A stretch of 60,911 bases of DNA from a virus, in the IMG/VR virus record IMGVR_UViG_3300037193_002766, positions 1 through 60,911 of that record. One strand, 5' to 3'. A model generated the notes under the pieces. It was not told where the DNA came from, searched no databases, and worked only from the letters and a program-made list of their open reading frames with translations. Made by a program: the position numbers and the translations under genes. Position 1 is the first letter of the stretch, and every line of letters starts with the position of its first letter. Below, piece after piece: positions 7,911 to 16,529 of this stretch.

Positions 7911-9038
7911 CTATCTGGCGACGCCGATCAGTTCGCGTTGTGGCTGCCGTTTCGCCGATGTCGACTCGACGTGTGCCCGGATCGCAGCCTGGCCTGCTCG
8001 CACGTCGGCGGCTGCCTTGGCTTTGGCGTCCGGGTCGATCGCGGCCTCCTCGCGCCGCTTGGCCGCTCGCACGTCCCGTTCGAGTGCCCGTAGCTTCTGC
8101 CGGTCCTTGTCGCCCTGCTCGTCACGCGTGTGCGTGATCGGCTTCGTCACCCCGGCCAGGTAGGCGCTGAGCGAGTGCCGGCAGTTCGGATGCATCAACC
8201 CGTCGCCGACTGCCTCGTCGACCGAACCCGCGACGTCGACGCGCACCATGCGGCCGTCGATCGTCGCATGTTCCACCTCGACCGTGCGCCGCCCTCCAGG
8301 CCCGTTGCGGGCCAGTACCTTGCCTTCCCATGGACGGCAGCGGGCGCACTCCTGAGGCGCGTTCGACACGATCACCAGATCGAGGCCACGGTCACCGAGC
8401 CGGTCCAGGTGGCCCTGCACCGCAGCCTGCGCGGTCGTCGTGCGCACCGCCATCTCCACATAGGAGGCCAGCTCCCAGTCGCGGCCAGCCCGGTCGGTGA
8501 ATCCGCTGATCCCCTTGCCCAGCAGGTCATCCAGCGCCCGCTGCGCGGTGCGCACCCGCGTGTCGGTGCCCTGCAGCGTGCCGGTCGCCACCGTGCGGGC
8601 GACGACACCGCGGTAGATGTCGGCCGTCTCCCGCACGATCCGCACATGCGTGCCCCGCGTGCGTGTCACGAGCGACCACACCAGCCGCTGCACCGCGGCG
8701 CTGCCTGGCAGCTCCGAGCGCACCGCCGCGAGCTCACCAGCACGTGCACCCCCCAGGCGGGCAAGTTCCTCGAGCGCGGCTTCACCGCCGCGCGTGTACG
8801 CAGCGGTGACGAGTTGGTCGATCGTGCCGAGACTGTCGCCAGCGAGCTTGGCGACGAGCTGTTCAGCGAACCGGCGCAGTGCGCCGAGCTGCAGCAGCTT
8901 GCGGTCCGCCCAGTCCGGCTTGGAGATGTCCGCGCGGAGCAGGATGCCGATCTGCCCGGCGAGCCGGGTTTCGGCGGCGGCGTACAGCTGGACGAGCGTG
9001 GCGGCGAGGTCCTCGGCGAGCGTGCGGTCGACCGGCAT
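7911..9038 (-). CDS. Head morphogenesis protein, Mu F / SPP1 gp7 family
   Basis: 375 aa downstream of the portal gene. Has the MHPNCRHSL motif typical of the Mu F family. Confidence 0.8.
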   Translation of the reverse strand: MPVDRTLAEDLAATLVQLYAAAETRLAGQIGILLRADISKPDWADRKLLQLGALRRFAEQLVAKLAGDSLGTIDQLVTAAYTRGGEAALEELARLGGARAGELAAVRSELPGSAAVQRLVWSLVTRTRGTHVRIVRETADIYRGVVARTVATGTLQGTDTRVRTAQRALDDLLGKGISGFTDRAGRDWELASYVEMAVRTTTAQAAVQGHLDRLGDRGLDLVIVSNAPQECARCRPWEGKVLARNGPGGRRTVEVEHATIDGRMVRVDVAGSVDEAVGDGLMHPNCRHSLSAYLAGVTKPITHTRDEQGDKDRQKLRALERDVRAAKRREEAAIDPDAKAKAAADVRAGQAAIRAHVESTSAKRQPQRELIGVAR

Positions 9039-9049
9039 CAGGTCTCACC

Positions 9050-10654
9050 TCACGCCTCAGACTGCTCGCCGCCCGCGCCCTGCTCGTCCTCGCCCTGCTG
9101 TGGCCGGTTGACCACGATCTGCCCGCCCGTGAAGGTGTCCGGGTTCTCGACTGGCGGCCCTTCGATCGCCTTGACCTCCTTGTCGACGCGCGTCTTGTCC
9201 CAGTCCGGGTGGACCATTTCGACCTTCGTCCGTGTCGACACCGCGGCGGCCGCGTCGAGCAGCTGCACGGTGCGCGCCACCGTTTCGAGGTCCTCCGCGA
9301 CACCGTCTGGCCACTCGATCTCAGGCTCGTCGACGTCGGAGGAGCCTCCGAAGTGCGCGTAGTCCAGCTGCAGCAACACCGACGACATCTCGACTAGCGC
9401 CGGCGACCAGTAGAGCGTTTTGTGGCCACGCGTGAGGTAGGTGTCCTCTTGATCGGCCGCAACCTCGGTCGCGGTCTTCAAGCCTCCCTGGGTCTGGAAC
9501 CCGAAGGTCTCGCCGCTGTACCCACAGTCCTGCACGATCGCTTGGGACAGCTCACGCGCGGTGCCCAGGTGCTCCTCGAAGCGGATCGCGAACTGCGCCA
9601 CCGTGATCGGCGTTTGGCTGCCGGGCTGCGGCAGCATGCTGAGCGCCGAGTAGACCTCGCGCTCCGGATCCCACGACGCACCTCGACCGGGGCCGTTGTT
9701 CTGCAGGTACGCGTCCGGGACGACGATGCGTCCCTTGGCGAGCCGAATGTCGCGGAGCAGCGACGTCCACACTTCGTCGAGCGCATCGAGCATCGGCTCC
9801 GCGCCGGCGATGTCCGCGCGGCCGAGCTCGCACGCGGCCGGGATCTTGCGCCAGTACTTGTTGGGCCTCATGTTGGGCACGTACCGGACCGTCAGATCCT
9901 TGATCAGGGTCTCGATGCGGTCGCCGTCCTCGACCACGTCCACGTACTCGGTGGTCTCCGCATGCTCGTTGAGCGGGATCCTGCGGCCGAGATGATCCGG
10001 GGTGCCTTCGTAGAGGCCGTGCAGGATCGCGCCCGGTTCGTGGCGTTCGAGGTGCCGGATGACCCGGTTGCCGTCGTCCTCCAGCACGCGCCAGAACGAG
10101 CACGCGGTGAGCTTGCCGCCCTGCCACTGTGGAACCGCTGCGTCCGCGTAGGTGGTGTGCATCCACGGCTTGTTGGAGATGTCGGAGTTCCACAGCGCCC
10201 GCAGGTACACGCCGCCGTGGCCGGCGCAGAGTTCGCCGGCTTCAAGGAGTGTGGCGCGGAAGCTGTGGCCGAGCAGTTCGTCGAGCCGGTCCTGGGTGGC
10301 CGTCTGTTTGGCCTTGAAGGTGGGCGGTTCGGAGAACAGCAGCTTCGACGACTTGGCCGCGATGTCGGAGGCGAGCGGGATGTGGAGCTTGGCGCGCTGC
10401 TCGCCGAGCGGAATCGGGGTACCCCAGAACCAGCGGGCAAGCCGGCCGACGACGCCACCGCGGTACTGGCTGGGGTGGTTGCTGAGCCGGTTGCGGCTGA
10501 CCGAGTCGTAGCCGTGGGCGTAGGTGCTGCCGTAGATGTCGGCTAGGTGGTCAGGGTCTCCGGTGTACCAGGCGTCCCAGGAGTCGATACGGGCGAAGAC
10601 GGGGTCGAGCTGGCGTGGTGGCCAGGCGGTGTTTCCGCCTTCGGGGAGCGGCAC
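9050..10654 (-). CDS. Portal protein
   Basis: 534 aa. GTG at 10654 preceded by GGGAG. Position after terminase. SPP1 gp6-like length. Confidence 0.85.
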   Translation of the reverse strand: MPLPEGGNTAWPPRQLDPVFARIDSWDAWYTGDPDHLADIYGSTYAHGYDSVSRNRLSNHPSQYRGGVVGRLARWFWGTPIPLGEQRAKLHIPLASDIAAKSSKLLFSEPPTFKAKQTATQDRLDELLGHSFRATLLEAGELCAGHGGVYLRALWNSDISNKPWMHTTYADAAVPQWQGGKLTACSFWRVLEDDGNRVIRHLERHEPGAILHGLYEGTPDHLGRRIPLNEHAETTEYVDVVEDGDRIETLIKDLTVRYVPNMRPNKYWRKIPAACELGRADIAGAEPMLDALDEVWTSLLRDIRLAKGRIVVPDAYLQNNGPGRGASWDPEREVYSALSMLPQPGSQTPITVAQFAIRFEEHLGTARELSQAIVQDCGYSGETFGFQTQGGLKTATEVAADQEDTYLTRGHKTLYWSPALVEMSSVLLQLDYAHFGGSSDVDEPEIEWPDGVAEDLETVARTVQLLDAAAAVSTRTKVEMVHPDWDKTRVDKEVKAIEGPPVENPDTFTGGQIVVNRPQQGEDEQGAGGEQSEA

Positions 10655-10956
10655 GGCTCACTCCCTTCGTCAAGCAGGCGTTGGAGTTCTGCGTTGGCGG
10701 CAGCAAGGGTGTGGAGTTCCCGTTGTTGTTCGACGAGGCGTTCTCGGTGGTAGCCGATGACGCAACCGTGCGCCGTCTGCTGAGCCTCGATGACATCGCC
10801 GATGTAGCGCAGTCGGTCGTTCGGCTCCATGGCGTTGAATCGGGCGAGCCACTGGCCGGGGTTCGGCCAGCACGCCGGGTTCACGGGCGTGTCGTCCTCA
10901 CCTGCGCGCAGCCGGATCAGATCGAGCGTCGTCTGGTGCAGTGCCTTGTCGGTCAC
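10543..10956 (-). CDS. Hypothetical protein
   Basis: 137 aa. The last 37 codons overlap the portal start, so the C-terminal tail is possibly not real. Confidence 0.5.
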   Translation of the reverse strand: MTDKALHQTTLDLIRLRAGEDDTPVNPACWPNPGQWLARFNAMEPNDRLRYIGDVIEAQQTAHGCVIGYHRERLVEQQRELHTLAAANAELQRLLDEGSEPCRSPKAETPPGHHASSTPSSPVSTPGTPGTPETLTT

Positions 10957-10964
10957 GTGCGCTC

Positions 10965-11123
10965 CTACTCGTCGACCTCGATGCGCACGAGCTGGTCGAC
11001 GGACACGCCGAGTTCGACGAGTCCGTTGAGGACCTGCTCGATGTGCTCGTCCGGCACGTCGTGCACGTACGGCTTGAGCTGGACGGCGAGTTCCGCCTGG
11101 TTGGCGAACCTGCGTCGCTTCAC
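10965..11123 (-). CDS. Hypothetical small protein
   Basis: GTG at 11123 overlaps the upstream stop (GTGA). The ORF track extends to 11153. Confidence 0.45.
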   Translation of the reverse strand: MKRRRFANQAELAVQLKPYVHDVPDEHIEQVLNGLVELGVSVDQLVRIEVDE

Positions 11124-11437
11124 CACGTGCAGTCTCCGATCACCCAGTGCCACGTGCCGCCGGCGGGCGGAACGGGCTTGCCCTCGACAGTGCGTTCGCC
11201 GGGCTGTTCACGCACGCAGCCGCCGTCATCGGCGAGCGGGTGGAAGAACAGACCGGTCGGGTTCGTGACGCAGAGACCGACCCGGTTGGGGTCGGTGGCG
11301 TCGACCTCGGTGACGGTCGCGGCGCGGCAGGTGGGCGGGAACTTGCCGTCCAGCGAACCCCGGCTGACGTAGTGGACTGACGCGCCCACGGCGGGCGGGT
11401 ACGGCGGAGGAACCTCAGTGGACAGCAGATTTGTCAT
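11120..11437 (-). CDS. Hypothetical protein
   Basis: 105 aa, GC3-biased. Confidence 0.6.
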   Translation of the reverse strand: MTNLLSTEVPPPYPPAVGASVHYVSRGSLDGKFPPTCRAATVTEVDATDPNRVGLCVTNPTGLFFHPLADDGGCVREQPGERTVEGKPVPPAGGTWHWVIGDCTW

Positions 11438-11610
11438 GCTGGCGAGTCCTCCTTGACCGCGACCGCGATCGGGTACTGGGCGAGCATCTCCGCGAGCCGC
11501 GTCCAGCTGTCCGCCACGTACGTGAGCGCCTGAGCGCGCTCAGGGGGGATGCACTTCTCCGCCTGCTCCAGTACTGCCGCCGCCCGGTTCGCGGCTTCCT
11601 GCGGGGTCAC
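11434..11610 (-). CDS. Hypothetical 58-aa protein (below the ORF-track cutoff)
   Basis: My translation: VTPQEAANRAAAVLEQAEKCIPPERAQALTYVADSWTRLAEMLAQYPIAVAVKEDSPA. GTGA overlap with the upstream stop and ATGA overlap with the downstream start. Confidence 0.6.
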   Translation of the reverse strand: MTPQEAANRAAAVLEQAEKCIPPERAQALTYVADSWTRLAEMLAQYPIAVAVKEDSPA

Positions 11611-11864
11611 GCAGAACCTTGAGGTGCCGAAACGGCCACAGGGGTGAAGTCGAGGTAGTACTGCTGGCCGAGTTCGAACTGGACGTTCGGATTGTCGACC
11701 GTGATCTCCAAGCTGCCACTCGGCGTGTACTTGGCGTACCGCTGATCCTCCGGCAGGTCAGCGTCGTACACGGCCTGGAACCTGTAGGTCCGGACGCCGT
11801 CGGCGACGTTGTAGGAGCTGCGCGTCTCGCTGATGCACATGAACTTCGCGCGGGTTGTGATCAT
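11607..11864 (-). CDS. Hypothetical protein
   Basis: 85 aa, coupled to terL. Confidence 0.6.
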   Translation of the reverse strand: MITTRAKFMCISETRSSYNVADGVRTYRFQAVYDADLPEDQRYAKYTPSGSLEITVDNPNVQFELGQQYYLDFTPVAVSAPQGSA

Positions 11865-13135
11865 GCTGCTTCCTCCATCGGTTCCAGCAGCTGGCCACGC
11901 CAGACCGCTTCCGTCGTGTAAATCGCGTACCGGCCGGCGTCGAGCGAGTGGTCCTCCGCCTTGATCGGCGCGTCCTCGCCCTTCTCACCCTTCTTCGGGT
12001 CCCAGCTGTAGCCACCGATCTCCTCGGTCCAGCCCTTGCACGACCGGTGCACCCGGAACTGGTCCATCGCGATCAGCGACGACACCGTGCGGATGCCGTC
12101 CACCACCGCGTTGTTCGCCAACGTCGGCGTCAGCGTCTTGTCGGCGTACAGCTGCGTCACGAACGACTTCGCCGACGGGTCCACCACCGTCCACTCCGGA
12201 TGCACCCGGAGCCCGGTCAGCCACGCGGTGAGGCGCTGGCTGTACTCGGAGTCGGTCAGCGGCCGGTGCGAGGCCTTGCTGTCGTAGCGCCACTCGTGCG
12301 CCAGGTACAGGCGCTTGTCGACACCCAAGCCGAGCAGGAGTGCGGCGAACGGGTTCGTCGTGCCGTAGTCGATGCCCAGCGCGATCCAGCGGGTCATCGT
12401 GGGCAGGATGTCCACGATCATCTTGTCGGACCAGGCGTCGTACACGGCGCCCTCGGCGAGGCACCACTCGCCCTTGATGAACCGGCGGAACCACAACCCG
12501 ACGTACTGCCGCTTGAGCCGCGCAACGTAGGCCGGCTCCAGCGATGGGTTGTCGGCGAGCTGGAAGTGCCAGTGCCGCATGCCGACGTCGGCGGCCTTGA
12601 GGATGAAGTTCTTCCGCAGCCAGTGACCCGGACCGTCAGGGTTCGTCGTGGCCATCAGCTTCGCGCCCGGTACGCGGAGTCGGGACAGCAGCATCATCCA
12701 GAACCCGACCGGCACGAGCGTGGCCTCGTCGACGTACGCGAGTGCGATGGTCATGCCTCGGATGCGGTCCTCGGCGCGGATGTCGTTGGCGCCGATGATG
12801 TGGACGGTGCGGCCGAGGATCGTGGCGGTGTTCGCGCCGCGGGTGTGGTGGACGAACGCGGCGAACGGGCCGAACAGCAGCGGGGACTGCAGGGGCTCGA
12901 TCAGGTTCCGCTCGATGGTGTCCTTCGTCTTGCCCATGATCACGATCAGGCCGTGCGACGGGGCGACGGTGATCGCGATCAGGAACGCCAGCAACGAGGC
13001 GATCGTCTTGCCGGACGACACCGCGCCGGACCAGAGCGCGATCTGCGGCGTCTCCTGCGCGCGGACGACGCTGCGGATCTGCTTGGGCGACAGGATCTTC
13101 GTGATGCGCTGAAGATCAATCGTCGGCGGCATCAT
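11861..13135 (-). CDS. terL: Terminase large subunit
   Basis: 424 aa. Walker A GAVSSGKT. Nuclease-like C-terminal half. Follows the small subunit. Confidence 0.85.
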   Translation of the reverse strand: MMPPTIDLQRITKILSPKQIRSVVRAQETPQIALWSGAVSSGKTIASLLAFLIAITVAPSHGLIVIMGKTKDTIERNLIEPLQSPLLFGPFAAFVHHTRGANTATILGRTVHIIGANDIRAEDRIRGMTIALAYVDEATLVPVGFWMMLLSRLRVPGAKLMATTNPDGPGHWLRKNFILKAADVGMRHWHFQLADNPSLEPAYVARLKRQYVGLWFRRFIKGEWCLAEGAVYDAWSDKMIVDILPTMTRWIALGIDYGTTNPFAALLLGLGVDKRLYLAHEWRYDSKASHRPLTDSEYSQRLTAWLTGLRVHPEWTVVDPSAKSFVTQLYADKTLTPTLANNAVVDGIRTVSSLIAMDQFRVHRSCKGWTEEIGGYSWDPKKGEKGEDAPIKAEDHSLDAGRYAIYTTEAVWRGQLLEPMEEAA

Positions 13136-13643
13136 CGGCGACGCCCTCGTCGTCGAGCTGGTCCGCGACCGCCTTCAAGCCGGCGAACAGCTGGGACACC
13201 ATGCTGCGCGCGCCCTCGGCACCACCGTCGGTGTCGTGGTGATCGAGCCGCATGGAGGCGGTGAGCGCCACCGAGCAGGCGTTCATGATGTCGCGCTGGT
13301 CCTTGAACAGCGGCCGGTCAACCTGCTTGCTGTTGTAGGTGTGGTCCTTGCCGCCGAAGCTGTGAATTGTCGTTGGTGCCCACAGCTGCAGGCGCAGCCT
13401 GTCGGCGTCCTCAAGCAGGGCAAGCATCATCTGCGCGCGGCGCTTCTTGGCGTCTGCTCGCATCGCGTCGGTCGCGGCGGCGACCTCGGGGCCGCGTTCG
13501 AAGGAGAGGCCTTCGGCTGCGGCGTGGTTGCTGATGGTCGATCCGGAGCGGTTCATCTCGCGGGCAATGTCGTTACGGGACATGCCCTCGGCGTGCAGTT
13601 GGTGGAGGCGGGCGGTGTCGTCGTCGGTCCATTCGTTGCCCAC
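13116..13643 (-). CDS. terS: Terminase small subunit (HTH)
   Basis: 175 aa. N-terminal HTH (MSRNDIAREMNRSGSTISNH). Immediately upstream of terL. Confidence 0.65.
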   Translation of the reverse strand: MGNEWTDDDTARLHQLHAEGMSRNDIAREMNRSGSTISNHAAAEGLSFERGPEVAAATDAMRADAKKRRAQMMLALLEDADRLRLQLWAPTTIHSFGGKDHTYNSKQVDRPLFKDQRDIMNACSVALTASMRLDHHDTDGGAEGARSMVSQLFAGLKAVADQLDDEGVADDAADD

Positions 13644-13756
13644 GGCGCACCCCCGCTCGCGTGTGGGTGGCCGCAGCCGTCGGTTCCGGCCGCCGCGTGG
13701 GGCGTGCCCACACCGGGTGGCGGCTGCGGCCTGTCTCCCGCACCCCTGCAGGGGAG

Positions 13757-13869
13757 TGGTCCCGGCGGGATTTGAACCCGCGACCCAAAGGTGGGCGTTC
13801 TCCGCAGTCGAGTTCTTCGCTCTACGGAAAGCGCCGCACCCCTGCTCTGCCGAACTGAGCTACGGGACC
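13757..13869 (-). tRNA. Aberrant tRNA-like gene (113 nt) with an oversized anticodon region
   Basis: Minus-strand read. Acceptor GGTCCCG/CGGGACC, D arm GCTC-AGTTCGGCA-GAGC, T arm GCGGG-TTCAAAT-CCCGC, discriminator A. 61 nt lie between the D and T arms where about 22 are expected. Confidence 0.5.
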
Positions 13870-13872
13870 AAG

Positions 13873-13914
13873 CACGAAGCCCCAGCCGCTTCGCACGCGG
13901 CTGGGGGCTTCGTG
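13873..13914. terminator. Strong hairpin (17-bp stem with one bulged G, 7-nt loop)
   Basis: cacgaagccccagccgc / gcggctgggggcttcgtg. Lies between the 14124 gene and the tRNA-like gene. Confidence 0.55.
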
Positions 13915-14123
13915 GTGGTGCCAGGCCCTGGCGGGCGGGCACCTTTCATCACTGTGGACAGGACCTCAAGGGGTCCTTCTTGATGAAGATTCCTTTGGCG
14001 AGTCCAGCGTCCGCCATATGACGCTGTGCCTCGGTGGCGGTCAGGATGGTCGATCCACGGGTGTCGAGCTGGTGTGGACACAGCTCTGGCTGGCGAAAGC
14101 GTCACACAGCCTGTGACCTGCGG

Positions 14124-14342
14124 TCAAGCAGACTCGCGTAAGTGGTCGCTGCGGTGGTCGCCACGCCGGTCGAGGTACGCGGTGATCTCGCCGAGGTCGT
14201 AGCCGCGGCCCTTGGAGATCAGGTTGCGGTACTTCCAGTTGCGTACGGCGCTGTCGCTGACGTTGTAGCGCTCGTCGCCGGTGCGCTCGTACTCCTGCCT
14301 GAGCGCGAGCATCACGAGGTCCAGCGGCACGCGGTCAGCCAC
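14124..14342 (-). CDS. Hypothetical small protein
   Basis: 72 aa, 8-nt overlap with the upstream gene. Confidence 0.55.
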   Translation of the reverse strand: MADRVPLDLVMLALRQEYERTGDERYNVSDSAVRNWKYRNLISKGRGYDLGEITAYLDRRGDHRSDHLRESA

Positions 14343-14682
14343 GGTAGTAACCCCCCTCTGCGAGGCGTGACAAGACGAGTTCGAGAGTCACCCCGGATGG
14401 GCTGGAGTCGTGCCACACGCCATGCAGTCGTAGGCCTCGTAGCCTCTCGTCCCGATCAACGAGGTAAAGAGACCGCCCGAACACGGTGCACAACCCGCGG
14501 CGAGGTGAAACGTTCATTCCGACGCCTGCGATGCGGAGCATCGGACGCACCACCTCGTTCAGCGCACGCGGGATGCTGTCCGTGACGAGAGCGAAAGCCG
14601 CTCGATCCGGGCTGGCTGCGATGATCCGCAGGAAGTCCACCAGCCGCGATTCGAGCCCGGACTGCTCACGCCCGGCGCTCAT
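14335..14682 (-). CDS. Hypothetical protein
   Basis: ATG at 14682 (MSAGREQSG...). The ORF track extends to 14718. Confidence 0.5.
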   Translation of the reverse strand: MSAGREQSGLESRLVDFLRIIAASPDRAAFALVTDSIPRALNEVVRPMLRIAGVGMNVSPRRGLCTVFGRSLYLVDRDERLRGLRLHGVWHDSSPSGVTLELVLSRLAEGGYYRG

Positions 14683-15343
14683 GACGCTCCTTCTGCTCGG
14701 CGAGACGTTGCAGATCAAGCCCGTTGTAGAGCCGGTGTCCGCCCCCCGAGCACGGCTCGCTGCACCGACCGCCCCGCGCGGTCTGGAACACCGTGCCCGC
14801 GCACCCAGGCGTGAGACACGACCCGAGCGGTTTCGGTGGTGCGTCGTGCGCCTGCCGGCATGTCTGCGCGTGCAGCTGCTTTACGACCAGCACGAACTGG
14901 TCGCCCCACGTCTGCCAGGTGCACCACTCGGCGTTGATTCGCAGGTAGCGGGCCAGGCTCGGCACTGTGAGCAGCGGTCGGCTGTCCGGGTGGTCGTCGT
15001 CGACCCGCCGAGACCACACGTACCGACCGATCTGGCTCAGGCTGCCCAGGATCGACAGCGTCGCCTCGTGCGGGTCGTCGTCCGTGCCGTTGCCGTCGAC
15101 GTGGCTGCGGTAGTCGAGTGCGACGAGCTTGTCGAGGTTGAGCGGTTCGCGTGGCCCGTAGCCGCCTGCGCGGGGGAGGCCGTCGAGGACGCTGCGGCTG
15201 GGAAGGAGGCCGACGGTGCCGATGATGATGACGTGGTCCTGGATCTCGTCGAGCCGGCGCCAGGTGTCGCGGACGCAGAGCGGGCAGGCCCAGCGCAGCG
15301 TGGTCGATTCGCGGTGGCAGACGCGGCAGGCTGTCGTGGCCAT
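14666..15343 (-). CDS. Hypothetical protein with Cys clusters at both ends (zinc-ribbon-like)
   Basis: 225 aa. CRVCHRESTTLRWACPLC at the N terminus and CLTPGC...CSEPC at the C terminus. Confidence 0.6.
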   Translation of the reverse strand: MATTACRVCHRESTTLRWACPLCVRDTWRRLDEIQDHVIIIGTVGLLPSRSVLDGLPRAGGYGPREPLNLDKLVALDYRSHVDGNGTDDDPHEATLSILGSLSQIGRYVWSRRVDDDHPDSRPLLTVPSLARYLRINAEWCTWQTWGDQFVLVVKQLHAQTCRQAHDAPPKPLGSCLTPGCAGTVFQTARGGRCSEPCSGGGHRLYNGLDLQRLAEQKERHERRA

Positions 15344-15347
15344 GGCG

Positions 15348-15536
15348 TCACTCGTCGAGGTTGCGGAGGCATTCGGCGGCCTCGGTGTGTCCAGCGGCCG
15401 TGAGGAGGTCGGCGTAGTGCGCTCGGATTTCGCCGGCGCGTCGGTCGACGAGTGTGGCGACAGCTTCTTCGAATGCCGGGTCGTTGACCAGGTCGTCGAT
15501 CGAGGTGCCTTGGGTGGGTTCGTGCAGCTCAGCCAT
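15348..15536 (-). CDS. Hypothetical small acidic protein
   Basis: ATG at 15536 preceded by GGGGAG. The ORF track extends to 15596, into the lower-GC spacer. Confidence 0.5.
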   Translation of the reverse strand: MAELHEPTQGTSIDDLVNDPAFEEAVATLVDRRAGEIRAHYADLLTAAGHTEAAECLRNLDE

Positions 15537-15753
15537 GGTGCTCCCCTGCGGCCTGGGGTTGGCTAGTTGATCTGCGGAATATAGGTCCTTTCGCACGTAA
15601 GTTCTATTCCATCCGCAGGTGTCTGGGTGGGTTGTTACCGCGGCCAGGAATGGGCAAGTCGAATGCGGAAATGAACGCGACCGCTATAAATGTCAGCAAT
15701 ACGAGACCTGTCGGTGTCGACACCCCGGCGAGTAGCTTGAGCAGGATCTAGTC

Positions 15754-15999
15754 GTGCAGACATACTCAAGCCGGGACTGGCCGTACAGAGGGGAGCCCGC
15801 CGTGGCGTTTCGATGCTTGGCGACCGAATCGTGCAAGGACGGATACACCTGCCCCAGCATCTGGGTCGACGACGCCGACCCAGAGCACGTCGTGGTAGTC
15901 GGCCAGCTGATCGATCCAGGCCCAGACGTTCCGATGGCCGACGGCGAGCGCGCAGTGCGACTCCGCCGAGACACCGTCATCCGCGCCAACCTGGCGTAA
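15754..15999 (+). CDS. Hypothetical 81-aa protein, first gene of the plus-strand cassette
   Basis: GTG start after a lower-GC 217-bp spacer. No family recognised. Confidence 0.5.
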   Translation: MQTYSSRDWPYRGEPAVAFRCLATESCKDGYTCPSIWVDDADPEHVVVVGQLIDPGPDVPMADGERAVRLRRDTVIRANLA

Positions 16000-16004
16000 A
16001 GCGC

Positions 16005-16529
16005 ATGGACCTCAAGGATGTAGCTCGCCTCTTCGAGCAGTCAGCGAAGTCCGCGTTCCGTCTGGAGACGCTCCCGACCTACCTCGTGCCGCAGGAAGAA
16101 GACGCGCTCGCCGCATGGCGAGCCGGAGACCGGCGCCTGGACACACCCCAGGACAGCCCCTGGCTCGCCCGAATCAGGGCGAGCACCAACACCGGCTACC
16201 AATGGTCACGCGTCCACGTGCTGGACTACCCGCTCACCGAATACAGCGAGTTCGAGCTGTTTGGCTACCAAGCGCTGGTGGCGGCCGGCGAGCAGGTCTA
16301 CGTCGCAGACCGCGCCGACTCTCCCGAGTTGGAGCAGCTGCGCGAGGACTTCTGGGTCCTCGACGACGCCACCGTCATTCGCATGATCTACGACGCCAAC
16401 GGCCGGTTCCTGCAACCGGAACTCGTCGACGACATCGACCCCTACCTCGAAAGCCGGGACGTCGCGTTGCGTCACAGCGAGCCTCTCGCCGTTTACCTGG
16501 CGCGGCGCGAGCCGCGGCTCATCGCATGA
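16005..16529 (+). CDS. DUF6879-like protein
   Basis: 174 aa from ATG 16005 (MDLKDVARLFEQSAKSAFRLETLPTYL...). Motifs FRLET, RVHVLDYPLTEY and DFWVLDD match my recollection of DUF6879. Confidence 0.6.
   Translation: MDLKDVARLFEQSAKSAFRLETLPTYLVPQEEDALAAWRAGDRRLDTPQDSPWLARIRASTNTGYQWSRVHVLDYPLTEYSEFELFGYQALVAAGEQVYVADRADSPELEQLREDFWVLDDATVIRMIYDANGRFLQPELVDDIDPYLESRDVALRHSEPLAVYLARREPRLIA

Noticed and set aside
10543-10654. 112-nt overlap between the 137-aa ORF and the portal gene as a possible recoding site
   Set aside because: There is no slippery run and no protein-like continuation. The Pro/Ser/Thr-rich tail of the upstream ORF is most simply an out-of-frame read over the portal start. The true stop or function is unresolved.
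13757-13869. The tRNA-like gene as the attP site
   Set aside because: It is a full-length acceptor-to-acceptor structure about 25 kb around the circle from the integrase. A classic tRNA 3-prime fragment lies directly beside int at 48085-48117.
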